From the NCBI RefSeq assembly GCF_963921235.1, contig NC_086108.1:30010001-30074000 (forward strand): 64,000 bases of DNA. The letters are read 5' to 3'. Both the position numbers and the translations under genes were made by a program. Positions 1 through 11,555 of the stretch are shown here, in pieces (within the stretch, counting starts at the first letter, position 1; every line of letters begins with the position of its first letter). Under the pieces are notes generated by a model. It was not told where the DNA came from. It searched no databases and saw nothing but the letters and a program-made list of their open reading frames with translations. This stretch comes from Mobula hypostoma (lineage: Eukaryota).

Positions 1-261
1 AATCTTTCCACTGTAGGTCCCATAGTCTGAAATGTTATCTGTTTGTTCACCGTAGATAATACCTAACCAATGAAGTGTTAGCAATGCTTTCTGTCATTAA
101 GAATAAAGGCCAATGAGAATTTAATCAAATGCATGCATTTTACTACTTAATCTCTTTCTGAGTACATTATTGTGATATAGCCTCTATCTATATTCCATAT
201 TCTAGAGTTTAGTTTCCAATTTTATAATTGCAAATCAACATGTTATAACTGGTTACATTTT

Positions 262-630
262 TCGTAGGGGTGTGATTAGTAGAGCTGCTACTTACCAGCT
301 CCAGCCACTCCTGTTTGATCATGATATCTGGTGGACTCTGTGTGGTTTGTCCATGGGTTTCCTCTGGGTGTTCTGGTCCTAAGGACATGTTGGCTGACAG
401 GCTAAATGGTCACTGTAAACTTCCCCTAGTGTGCAGGAGGTGAGTGATAGAATGTGGGGACAATTATGGGAATATGGGGCAAATAAATAGAAATGGGATT
501 TGTGTAGGACTGGTAAATTGTGTTTGGTTAGCACATTTGCCTGAAGAACATGTTTGATTTATATTAGTATAAAGTGTTTGGTTAGTAGGGGGACCCATCT
601 GCCTGATGGACCCGTTTCTATGCTGTCTCT
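262..630 (+). mobile_element. Decayed tRNA-derived SINE (HE1-like)
   Basis: Degenerate tRNA-like head, 'tgggtttcctctgggtgttctgg' core and 'ggtcactgtaaacttcccctagtgtg' block shared with copies at 2906, 29390 and 30905; CR1-like tail 'gggacccgtttctatgctgt'. Confidence 0.55.
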
Positions 631-1141
631 TTAATTTCATGAAGCAATCTTAGCCTTTTTGTATTAAATATTGCCCTAAAATGAAGTCATTTAAATATTT
701 AAGATTTTGAAAATCAGGAACAGTGAGACAAAGATGCCAGTTTCTCATCCATGTGAATCTGTTTCAATAAAACCAGAGAAATGTCCTCAAATTAATAACC
801 TAACTAAACTGTGGGAATAAGCACCTTTCCAAAGTATCAACTATTTCTCAGGAGGCTGTTAACTCAAATGAATAGTTGATTTGTTAAGATGGAGACCCTT
901 CCACTAGATAAAGTTATGTTGCTCCAGATTCCAGCATCTGAGGTCTCCTTTTGGAGGACATGATTTCTCTCTAGGTGACCTGTGTCCAGGCTGGACATAC
1001 AAATGAGTATTTGGGGCATCAGTGGGATGAATTTGCAAGCTGCTAAAAAAATTAAAGTGTCATTTATGATCCTGCTATTAAATTCGAAAAGACTTGGAGG
1101 CCATTTATTCAACACTTCCATATGATGTAATTTGACCTTTT

Positions 1142-1520
1142 CCAAAACTATTCTATTACTTTCAAATATATGGAGAGAGGAGCGGAGTTAATGACGCTAA
1201 TGGTCCTATTTGACGTAACATAACAGCCCATGTCTTTTTCTTTTCTTAGTTTAGTTGCCTAGTATTGTTTAGTTTAGTTTTTCTGGGGGGGTATTTTGGT
1301 TTTTTTTTTCTTTTTTTTCAATGCTACTTCTACATTTTTTTCTTATATTATTTTCGTATTCTTATTTTGTAAGATTTTGGGAGGTTTAATATCAGTGTGT
1401 TAACTGAGTTTATATTTTTATATGCTAATCACTAATAATGTAATCCCAATAGCTTTGTATTAATATTATGTTATGTTTAACGTTTTGATATCAATAAAAA
1501 GATTGGAAAAGAAAGAAAGA
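1142..1520 (+). mobile_element. Probable 3' end of a non-LTR retrotransposon (L1/Tx1-like 3' UTR)
   Basis: T-rich UTR-like tract ending in AATAAA plus a (GAAA)n tail; no coding motif seen. Confidence 0.3.
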
Positions 1521-1863
1521 CTTTACAAGCTGCTGCTAGCATTTCTTGCCACGTGAGAACTTGGTTTGCAGTAACATTGCGTCTTGCAGAGAAATGTTTG
1601 AGTCAAACATGATATTTTAATTACCCCCAATACCCTTTGTTGGTCTTTGTTATTGTATTGCCAACTTCCAACTTTCAAATTATGGAGTTATAAACAGTTT
1701 GGGGAACAGAACTCTGCATAACTTGGAGGGCCTACATTCACTTGAGGTCCCATGGATTGAAATATATCAAAATACAGCGCGTACAGGCTAATTATCCTCC
1801 ATGTTTAAGGTGATCATGATACCAAATGAAACTAATCCTGCCCACCTGAACATGGATTTGTGT

Positions 1864-1875
1864 ATTTATTTATTT

Positions 1876-1913
<38 letters not shown>
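1864..1913. repeat. Compound microsatellite (TATT)n(TGAT)n, probably the tail of the adjacent SINE
   Basis: Directly visible. Confidence 0.9.
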
Positions 1914-2140
1914 AGACATACAGCACAGAATAGGCTCTTCTTACTCTTCAAGCTGTGCCGTCCAGCAATCCCTCGATTTAACCCTAGCCTAAACATGGGA
2001 AAACTTTCAATGATTAATTACCCTACCAACCGGTACATCTTTGAACTGTGGGAGGAAACCGGAGCACCCGGAGGAAACACATGCTATCACAGAGAGAGAG
2101 TACAAACTCCTTACAGACAGTGGCAGGAATTGAACCTGCA
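1914..2140 (-). mobile_element. tRNA-derived SINE (HE1-like)
   Basis: Reverse complement has B box 'ggttcaattcc' and 'ctgtaaggagtttgtac...tttcctccgggtgctccggtttcctccca', matching the copy at 2906-3168. Confidence 0.75.
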
Positions 2141-2151
2141 TCATTAGTTAC

Positions 2152-2447
2152 TCTCACAGTATGCTGGAGGAACTCAGCAGGTCGGGCAGCATCCGTGGAA
2201 ACGATGAGTCGACATTTCGGGCCGGAACACTTCGTCAGGACTGAAGAGGGAAGGGGCAGAGACCCTATAAAGAAGGTGGGGAAGGGTCGGAAGGAGAAGG
2301 CCTTTATAGGGTCTCTGCCCCTTTCTTCTTCAGTCCTGATGAAGGGTTCCGGCCCGAAACGTCGACTCATCGTTTCCACGGATGCTGCCCAACCTGCTGA
2401 GTTCCTCCAGCGTGTTGTGAGTGTTGCTTTGATCCCAGCATCTGCAG
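2152..2447. mobile_element. Inverted (tail-out) pair of Penelope-type 3' tails
   Basis: ~2152-2271 is the reverse complement of ~2303-2421; same family as the tail following the GIY-YIG ORF at 3962-4503. Confidence 0.85.
2332..2367 (+). ncRNA. Minimal type-I hammerhead ribozyme motif, intact core
   Basis: AGTC-CTGATGA-A-GGG(TTCCGG)CCC-GAAA-C-GTC-GACT: helix I AGTC/GACT, core CUGAUGA and GAAA, helix II GGG/CCC, palindromic helix III ACGU, GUC cleavage triplet. Confidence 0.75.
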
Positions 2448-2519
2448 GTTATTTTGTCATTATTTATTGTAAGCTGTTGTGCTGGCCACTACACTACCAT
2501 GCCATCTACATCCCTCTAA

Positions 2520-3500
2520 TCATGTGTGCATGTTCATTGATCTGTCTGGATGAATCTTATATATTGTTAACGTATCTGATTCTATTAGCTTCCCTAGCAG
2601 GACATTCCAAGCATCTATCATTCAGCTTTTCTTAAGAAAATTACTTGCCTTACAAAATTTTTAACTTCCCCCCTCATCTTGAAACTATGCCCTTCAGTAC
2701 TGGTCATTTCTACCCTGAGTTAAAGATCCATCTACCCTGTCTATTGCCTTTTGTATACTTCGGTCATGTAGCCCCTCAGTCACTAATGCACCACAGAAAG
2801 TTTTCTAACTTCTCCATATAGCTAATACACTGCAAATTAGGCAACAATCTAGTGAACGTCTTCTGCCCTCTCTCCAAAGTCTTCACATCCTTAGTGTGGT
2901 GACCAGGCTGCACGGTAGTGTAGTGGTTAGCACAACGCTTTACAGTATCAGTGACCCGGGTTCAATTCCCTCCGCTGCCTGTAAGGAGTCTGTACGTTCT
3001 CCCTGTGACTGCGTGGGTTTCCTCCCACAGCTGAAAGACATACTGGTTGGCTAGTTAATTGGTCATCGTCAATTGTCCCATGATCAGATAAGATTAAATT
3101 GAGGATTGCAGGGTGGCATGATTCAAAGGGCTGGAAGGGCCTATTCCATGCTGTATCTCAACAACTAAATGAAGAACTGTACACAATACTCCAAATATGG
3201 CCTAACCAACTTTTTGTACAGCTACAACATCACTTGCCAACTTTTATATTCAGCACTCTGACTAAAGAATCCAAACATGCTGTACATAACTTTTTCCACC
3301 CTATCGATCTATTTTGCCACTTACAGGGAGCTCTGGACTTGCACCCCAATATCCCTTGACACATCAATTCTCTAAAGGATCAGGCCCTTAACAGTATACT
3401 CTTGAATTTAACCACCCAAGTGCCATTCCTCATACCTGTCCAACTTGGTCTTTATCTGCCATTTCTGCACTCAAATTTCCAATTGATCTATATTTTTTCA
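2520..3500 (-). mobile_element. Old CR1 LINE 3' fragment, interrupted by a SINE
   Basis: Reverse complement contains 'LVRPYLEYCVQF' and 'LKGIVSR'-type CR1 ORF2 C-terminal remnants. Confidence 0.6.
2906..3168 (+). mobile_element. tRNA-derived SINE (HE1-like), well preserved
   Basis: A box 'tagtgtagtgg', B box 'ggttcaattcc', CR1-like tail 'ggaagggcctattccatgctgtatctc'. Confidence 0.8.
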
Positions 3501-3681
3501 TGTCTTTCATGTCAAAGTTACAAGTCATACCACTTACGTTCTCATTCATATCATTATGTACAATGGCTTCCGGTTAATTGGGCAAACAACAGGAATTCTG
3601 CAGAGGCTGGAAATTCAAGCAACAAGCATCAAAGTTGCTGGTGAACGCAGCAGGCCAAGCAGCATCTGTAGGAAGAGGTGC

Positions 3682-3717
3682 AGTCGACGTTTCAGGCCGA
3701 GACCCTTCGTCAGGACT
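3682..3717 (-). ncRNA. Minimal type-I hammerhead ribozyme motif, intact core
   Basis: Reverse complement: AGTC-CTGACGA-A-GGG(TCTCGG)CCT-GAAA-C-GTC-GACT. Confidence 0.72.
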
Positions 3718-4403
3718 AACTGAAGGAAGAGTGAGTAAGGGATTTGAAAGTTGGAGGGGGAGGGGGAGATCCAAAATGATAGGAGAAGACAGGAGGGGGA
3801 GGGATGGAGCCAAGAGCTGGACAGGTGATTGGCAAAAGGGGATACGAGAGGATCATGGGACAGGAGGCCCAGGGAGAAAGAAAAGGTGGGGGGGACCCAG
3901 AGGATGGGCAAGAGGTATACTCAGAGGGACAGAGGGAGAAAAAGGAGAGCGAGAGAAAGAATGCCCATTCCCGTTCTGACGTGTCTATCCACAGCCTCCT
4001 CTACTGTAAAGATGAAGCCACACTCAGGTTGGAGGAACAACACCTTATATTCCGTCTGGGTAGCCTCCAACCTGATGGCATGAACATCGACTTCTCTAAC
4101 TTCCGCTAAGGCCCCACCTCCCCCTCGTACCCCATCTGTTACTCATTTTTGTGCACGCATTCTTTCTCTCACTCTCCTTTTTCTCCCTCTGTCTCTCTGA
4201 ATATACCTTTTGCCCATCCTCTGGGTCCCCCCCCACTTGTCTTTCTTCCCAGACCTCCTGTCCCATGATCCTCTCGTATCCCCTTTTGCCTATCACCTGT
4301 CCAGCTCTTGGCTCTATCCCTCCCCCTCCTGTCTTCTCCTATCATTTTGGATCTCCCCCTCCCCCTCCAACTTTCAAATCCCTTACTCACTCTTCCTTCA
4401 GTT

Positions 4404-4439
4404 AGTTCTGACGAAGGGTCTCGGCCTGAAACGTCGACT
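4404..4439 (+). ncRNA. Minimal type-I hammerhead ribozyme motif, intact core
   Basis: AGTT-CTGACGA-A-GGG(TCTCGG)CCT-GAAA-C-GTC-GACT, with a G-U pair in helix I. Confidence 0.7.
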
Positions 4440-5941
4440 GCACCTCTTCCTACAGATGCTGCTTGGCCTGCTGCGTTCACCAGCAACTTTGATGTGTGTT
4501 GCAGTTAATTGGGCTATGGGTTGATCAGGGCAGCCACTTATTTGGGACAACTCTTAAAGAACAAATACTAAATGAAAAAATAGCCCAGATTCCCTTCTTT
4601 ATTTGGGACACCACGCCACTTAATTGGGGCAGAAGATTGTTGCTGAAGTTTTTGATTAGTGTCAATCATGTGCACTTGTGTGACTGCTAAACATTACAGT
4701 GCTTAGAGCAAACAGTTTTTAAATAGCATCAATTGCATGTATTTTGCGTTCAAAAAGCAGAGATTTTTGTCACTGATAGTTGGCAAGAAATAAGCAGTAA
4801 GACAATTCAGAACTGTTTCACTCATTGTGGTTTCCAGCATTTGGGCTTAGAGATGCCAAATATGACCAGGCATGAAAATAAAACCATTTCACTACTTCAA
4901 CAAGTTAGGAAATATGAAGAATTTGAAAGTATTAACAATCATCTTGAATATTACAATGAAACTGAAGATTTGGAGGATGCAATCATCGAAAGCATTGTAT
5001 GACGACAGTCCATTGTCTGCACTAGGTGTCTACACTGATTTTATTCATTTACAGTCAATCAAAAGAATGTGGCAGCATAAACTGAGGTTGAATTTCTCCA
5101 TCAATAACTACTGATAACTGCAGTTTTATAGTAATGTAGTAGTATTGTTAGTGTTCTAATTTGTTCTGTATTTCATTTTAATAGATAATTTGTTCCTCAG
5201 TTAAAAGGTAGTTTAACCATTTCCAAACTTTGGCTCATTGGGGCAGTCGCTTAATTGGATCAAAATGTACTGCTCCAGATATGTCTCAATTAACTGGAAG
5301 GCACTGTATTACAAAAAAAAAGAGGTCCCAACACTGATGGTAGCAGAACACCACTGATCATAGACCTCTGGTCAGAAAAATACCTCTGCTCTACTGCCTC
5401 TATTTTCATTGACCAAAATGATTTTTACCAACTCATCAAGACCCCCATGTACCTTAATCTTCTGGTCCACCTTACCATGAAGGATCTTTAGAAATTCTTT
5501 ACTAGAACCATAAATGTGGATGAAGTGGCATATTTGAAGTACTCTCCATGGGTTTCAGTAATACATTTGACATAGCACCATGTGACAGATTGGCAAGAGA
5601 AAATAAAGTTCATGGAGCTAAGGGGAGTAATTGGATTAAAATAGCCTCTGCAAATTTTTTGCAATTGGAGGGCTTTGTGCTGTAAAGTTGCACAGAATTC
5701 AGGTCTGCTTCATACATGATGTATATAAACAAATAAGCAGTTTGCAAGGGATGTCATCATTAAGATGCTTGTTAATTGATTCCAGAACTGGTAGTGTGGT
5801 GACTATGGGGAAACCCATTTCTCAGTTCATGCAGATCAATTAACTGGTTAGATGTCTTTAATATGGCAAATCTAATTCATTCCTTTTAGGAAAGTTAAGC
5901 AAGCTGAGGGAATACTTGACATGTAAGATATGGGGTAACTT

Positions 5942-6820
5942 GACTTCTGGTCAAGATGGTACCTGCGTATAATGCTCCTTCAGTCGACATTTTCTGAATA
6001 GATCATGAAACCATATATTTCAATTCTTTTATGTCTTTGGCATTTGCTTTTTGTCTTGAATGCAATTCTGGAATGTTTGGAGCCTGTGATTTGCAGTTAG
6101 GAGATCGTTTGAGTGTTTCAGCACTCTAGTCTCCGAGGGGATTCTGGATGTCAGAGGCAGCATGTGGGAACTTCATGGTGGGAAGGCTATAAGCCGATGT
6201 TCGACGCCATTTTCCCAATTAAAGTTTCCATTATTCACTGATTAAAGTGATGAGGGACATTGAAATGCCAGCTGCCTGCCTTTTTATCACTGGTGGATCA
6301 CTTTGCTGCCAGAGAGGGGAGACTGGCTTTATATTGCTGGTGAGATCGCTCTGCTACAGAGAGGGGAGACTACCTTTTTATCACTGGTGAGATTGCTCTG
6401 CTCCAGAGAGGGGAGACTGCCTTGTATCACTGATAAGATTGCTTTGCTACGGAGAGCGAGAATGTTGCTCAGGCTTTCTGCATTTTGGATCTGGATTTGG
6501 ACTGTGGACCTTTGTTCAGTCTAATGGTTTTTTTGTATTCTGTTTTTTGCCCGACCTTTCTCGTTTCTTTGTGTGCGGAGAGGGGGATTAGGGGTGGGAT
6601 CAATGTGCCTGTTCCGTTTTTGTTTGTTTTTTTGTGTGGGGAGGGGGATTTGGGGGTGGGGTCAATGTGCCCGTTCCGTTTTTGTTTGTTTTTTTGTGTG
6701 GGGAGGGGGATTAGGGGGTTGATGATCACGCTGCCATTCTTTTCTTCCTTGGTTTTGTGGCTATCTGGAGAAGATGAATGTCAGAGTTGTATACTTTGAC
6801 AATAAATAGACCTTTGAACA
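5942..6820 (+). mobile_element. Non-coding non-LTR-type element with internal tandem repeats; same family as 46660-47618
   Basis: 5' 'gacttctggtcaagatggtacc' shared with the reverse complement of 47580-47618; ~48-bp repeats at 6290-6450, ~60-bp repeats at 6575-6720; 'aataaatagacctttgaac' tail. Confidence 0.6.
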
Positions 6821-8104
6821 TAAATCTCGAAAGGGAACAGGACTAGTGGATAAGGCAATAAGGCAAATGGGAAGTTTGCTTTTATTAGCCAAGGCATGGA
6901 AGGCATGAACAGGTACATCATACCAGAACCATGTAAAGTGCTCCTCAGATTACAGATGGATACATTTCCTGGCACCACACCAGGTTGGGGGATACTGTGA
7001 CACTAAAGAAGATGCAGTGATCGTATGAGGAGCTTGCTAGAACTGGGGTATTATTTTGAGAAGAGATCAGCTAGTCAGCACTAACATTATTTGTATTTCT
7101 ACAAATAATCAGAGGTTCACAATTCAACTGGGATATAAAGCAAATTCAACTTTTAGACTCTCTGAACAATTGTAATGTTAATGTTCTGTTTTACTGTAAG
7201 AATTTTTGATATAACCTTTCTCTGCTTTGGCATTAGTCTGAGTGCACTAAGATTGACTTTAATCTCCTTTCTCTTTCTATCAGATATTTAGCAGAAAAGA
7301 ATAACAAGAATAGCTCTTCATCCCCTCACTCTTCCTTGCTCTTTATCTGAAGATTAAGATCTGAGCTAATGTTGCCCAACAGCCAGTTAATGTTATCCAC
7401 TGTTCTCAGATGGGGTCTCAGTTTGCTGAGGATGGGAAAAATTGCAATGGAATAGCTTTTGGCTCATGGAGGAGCATTTTTCCCAAGTCAAGAGATTAGG
7501 AGTTCAAGCCCCACTCCAGAGGTCTGGACAGGAAATCTAGGCTGACAGTTGATTATCACACTGTAGGAGTGGTACAAGGCCAACGTTTCAATGAGGTGTT
7601 AAGTCTAGACTACTTCTACTTACTTGGCTTTAGAGATTCCATGTCAGTACAGCACAAGAGCACAAGAGTTCTCCTTAGTATTCCTTTCAATATTAACCCT
7701 TCAACAACCCTCCTGTTATTCTTATGTTGTTCCTGAGGACACTTGTTACATGAAAGTTACTGGATGTATTTCCTGCATTGCAACAGTAATTAAATTAAAA
7801 TAGGACTTTGTGATGGCCTGACATTGTGAAAAGCCCAATATCAATATTTCATTAAGATTATTCCCATCTGTCCAGATGAAAGGTCAATTTTCCACTTCCC
7901 TTCTCTGATGCTACCTGACCCATTAAGTTTCTTCAGCAGTTTTTTATATGTATATTTCTCCAGGTTCCAGCACTCATTTTTGTCCCTACTCTTATTGCCT
8001 ACAAAAGATTCAACCAGCTTTGCTCACCATTTTATAACATCCCATGCAGAGAAACACGCCCTTTGGCCCACTAAGTTCTCACCAGCCATGAACTACTCAT
8101 TTAC

Positions 8105-8790
8105 CTAAGACCATAAAACTTAGGAGCAGAATTAGGCCATTCAGTCCATCATGGCAGTTTATTTTCAACCCCAGAGAGCCTGCTTTCTCCCTGTAACCTT
8201 TGACACTGTTACTAGTCAAGAACTTATCAACCTCCACTTTAAATGCATCAAATGACTTGGCCTCCACAGCTGTCTGTGGCAATGAACTGCACACATTCAC
8301 CATCCTCTGGCTTAAGAAATTACTCTTTTCTGTAGGGGCATCTTTCTATTCTGAGGCAGTACCCTCTGGTCCTAGACTCTCCCACTATTGTAAACATCCT
8401 CTCCATGTCCACTCTATCTAGAACAAAAGAAAATTTGCAGATGCTAGAAATAGAAGCAACACGCACAAAATGCTGGAGGAACTCAGCAGGCCAGGCAGCA
8501 TCTATGGAAAAGAGTACAGTTGATGTTTCGGACCGAGACCCTTCAGCAGGACAAGCACGAAACGTCAACTGTACTCTTTTCCATAGATGTTTCCTGGCCT
8601 GCTGAGCTCCTCCACTCTATCGAGGCCTTTCAGTATTTGGTAGGCTTCAATGAGATTCCTCTTTATTCTTCTAAACTCCAGCAAGTACAGAACCAGAGCG
8701 AGCCAACACTTCTCATACATTAGCCTTTTCATTACTGGGATCAAAACCTCCTCAGAATCCTTTGCACATCCTTTCAGATATGGGGCCCAA
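8105..8790 (-). mobile_element. CR1 LINE 3' fragment carrying a Penelope-tail insertion
   Basis: 'LIEAYQILKGLDRV' (8565-8825) continues as 'DRVDMERMFTIVGESRTRG' (8320-8420) across the insert. Confidence 0.8.
8422..8610. mobile_element. Short inverted pair of Penelope-type tails with degenerate hammerhead motifs
   Basis: TSD TCCACTCTATC (8408-8418 and 8611-8621); left arm on minus strand, right arm on plus. Confidence 0.75.
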
Positions 8791-10112
8791 AACTCTATAT
8801 TAATATACATTTTTAATCTCCTCACTGCCTGATCATCTCCCCCAAGATTCTATCACTTGCCTACATACAGGGGAAATATACAAAGGCCAATTAACCTACC
8901 AACCCACACATTGTTACAATGTTGGAGAAAACTTGTGGTCACAGGGAGAAATCCACAAATGGAACCAGAGGTCAAAATTGAATCTGGGTTGCTGGAGCTA
9001 TGAAGGGCTGGCTCTGCTAGCTAATCTGGTCTGCTCTTCATTTAGTGAGTTGTGCAGATATCTTCACATTTACAATCCCCCCCCCCCCCCCACCACCCAT
9101 ACTAATTATTGGAACTGCTGTAACTTCCCAACACCCTGTCCAGACTCCATAAGTTCACCTCTGGACATGAAGTCAGACCCTTCCCTCTCCAAATGCTCCA
9201 GTTTAGTTACCTGTGCTGTCGCCAAGGAAGCTCATAGAAATCACTGAGGCACCACTATGTTGCTTTCTACTTCAAGGCACAGATGATGGTGACAGCTGGA
9301 GGAAATTTAGCAAGTTTCAAAGTCAGACTTTTGCTATCAGCCATTTTGGCACAATTAAACAAGATTTATTTTCTTTTTGTGGTTGTAATTCTTTGTTATG
9401 TCTATCATAATACATTCTCTTTTTTAACTTCATATTTACACATCGTTACTTTCTCTATGATGTCATACAGTCCTAAATCAGGCTTATCCTTGACTTTAGA
9501 AATTTCTCAATACTCCTGACTGCAGAACTGACCACTGTTGCTATGAATCCAACTGTTTCCATTGCGGTTGTGGTTAGACAGCTGCTTCCCTTACAGGCTT
9601 AAGTTCCTGTTGAATTGGAGAAATCGCATTCACAACAAGTCCATAAATCTGTTAGGCATTTTGATTAACATTTCTTTTAAATATCTATGATTAATGATGG
9701 AAACCACAAATTGTTGCATGCAATGTCTGTAAATTCCCTCTGTATCATTATTTAGTCAGGATTGTAAATTAGATGGGGCTGCCAGCAAAACATTCCTCAA
9801 CCATGATGAACATTATTCAACTTAAAGATGGCTGAGACAACAATATTGTAAAGGTCATAACACAAAAGTATACAAACAGAATATATGCAGTTTGATAGGC
9901 AGAGCAATTGTGGATAAAATTAAATCTTGGTACTGTAAGTATGAAGTGAAGCACATTGGGAGGGCAAATAATGGTAGGATATACATAAGAACACTACATT
10001 CGACACTAGGGAATACTACGCAACAGAGGATTGCAAGTCCAAGGATTCGTAAAGGTGGTAGCACAAAGAGCTAAGGTGTGAAGTGGGCAAACAGGGAACT
10101 TTATTAGTTGAC

Positions 10113-11555
10113 CAAAATTCAAAGTTCAAAGTAAATTTTGTTATCAAAGTACAAATATGTCACCATATACAACACTGAGATTCATTTTCCTGCGGACATA
10201 CACAGCAATTCTATAGCAGTATCTGTAACAGGATCAATGAAAGATCAACCAGAATGCAGTAGACAACTTATTGTGCAAATGCAGATATAAGCAAATAGCA
10301 ATAAATAACAAGAACATGGGATGATGAGATAAGAGTCCTTAAAGTGAGATCATTGGTTGTGGGAAACATCTCAATGATGGGACAAATGAGTGTAGTTATC
10401 CCTTTTCATTCAAGAGCCTGATGGTTGAGGGGTAACAACTGTTCTTGAACCTGGTGATGCAAGTGTTAAAGCTCTTGTACCTTCTACCTGATGGCAGCAG
10501 TGAAAATGGAGCATGGCCTGGGTGGTGGGGATCTCTGATGATGGATGGTGCTTTCCTATGACAGCATTTCATGCAGGTGTGCTCAATAGTTGGGCGGGAT
10601 TTACCTGTGATGTACTGGGCTGGGCCAAATCCATTCATTTTGTAGGATTTTCTGTTCAAAGGCATTGGCGCTTCCATACCAGGCTGTGATGCAACCAGTC
10701 AACACACTCTGCACTATACAGATATGGAGGTTTGTCAAAGTTTTTGATGTCATGCCGTCTCTTCACAGACTCCTAAGGAAGTAGAGTTGCTGCCGTGCTT
10801 TCTTCACAATTGCACTTATGTGCTAGGTTCAGGACAGATCCTTGGAAATCGTGAACTCAGGAATTTAAAGTTACTAACCCTCTCCACCTCTGATCGTCTG
10901 ATGAGGACTGGCTCATGGATCCCTGGTTTCCTTCTCCTGGTCTACAATCAGTTCCTTGGTCTTGCTGATATTGAATGAGATGTTGCTGTTATGACACCAC
11001 TCAGCCAAATTTTCAATCTCCCTCCTCTCTGCTGATTCATCACCACCTTTGATTCGGTCTACAACAGTGGCGTCATCAGCAATCTTGAATATGGCACTGG
11101 AGCTGTGCTTGGCCACACAGTTACAGGTGTAAAGCGAGTAGAGCAGAGGACTAAGCCCACAGTCCTGTGGTGTACCTGTGCTCATGGGGATCATGGATGA
11201 GAAGTTGTTGCCGATCTGAACTGACTGGGATCTGCAAGTGAGGAAAGCCATGATCTAATTACACAAGAGGGAATTGAGTGAGACCGAGGTCTTGGAGCTT
11301 ATTGATTAGTTTTGAAGGGATGGTGGTATTGAATGCTGAGCTGTAATCGATAAAAGGGTTGCTGATGTGTGCATCTTTGCTGCCCAGTTGTTCCAGGATT
11401 GAGTGAAGAGCCAATGAGATGGCATCAGCTGTGGACCTGTATCTATGGTAGGCAAATTGGAGTCGCCTCTCAAACAGAAGCTGATATGATTCATCACAGA
11501 CTCTCAAAACAGTTCTTCACTGTGGATGTAAGTGCAACTGGGCCACAGTCATGTT
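10113..11555 (-). mobile_element. Rex1/Babar-like LINE, RT and 3' end, decayed
   Basis: 'QFAY..RSTADAIS', 'FIDYSSAFNT', '[17 protein letters not shown]', 'KIADDATVV', 'LLPSGRRY'; (TTTGAAC)n tail. Confidence 0.82.

Larger units (their letters stand above)
3584..4503. mobile_element. Penelope-like element: 5'-truncated GIY-YIG C-terminus plus tail (+), preceded by an inverted copy of the tail (-)
   Basis: 11-bp TSD GTTAATTGGGC (3573-3583 and 4504-4514); 'RLEEQHLIFRLGSLQPDGMNIDFSNF' at 3962-4109; ~3625-3960 is the inverse of ~4160-4500. Confidence 0.88.
3561..5306 (+). mobile_element. Non-autonomous Tigger/pogo DNA transposon, split by a Penelope-like insertion
   Basis: TA flanks at 3559-3560 and 5307-5308; imperfect TIRs (caatggcttccggttaattg / caattaactggaaggcactg); transposase C-terminal remnant 'DSWQEISSKTIQNCFTHCGF' in ORF 4733-5002. 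Confidence 0.75.

Noticed and set aside
2023..2635. ORFs of 118 and 195 aa with mirrored peptides
   Set aside because: Produced by reading through a SINE and the inverted Penelope-tail pair
2906..2980. tRNA gene candidates (also ~13605-13677 and ~56415-56488)
   Set aside because: A and B boxes belong to SINE heads followed by SINE bodies; no clean cloverleaf
3574..4524. Many overlapping ORFs on both strands
   Set aside because: Stop-poor purine/pyrimidine-skewed Penelope tail; only the GIY-YIG C-terminus at 3962-4109 is real coding remnant
6290..6720. Spaced repeats superficially like a CRISPR array
   Set aside because: Eukaryotic context; contiguous degenerate tandem units with no unique spacers and no cas genes
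9207..9240. Minus-strand ATG AGC TTC CTT GGC GAC AGC ACA G|GTAA, a possible first coding exon
   Set aside because: Only 8 codons, no identifiable downstream exon or protein match
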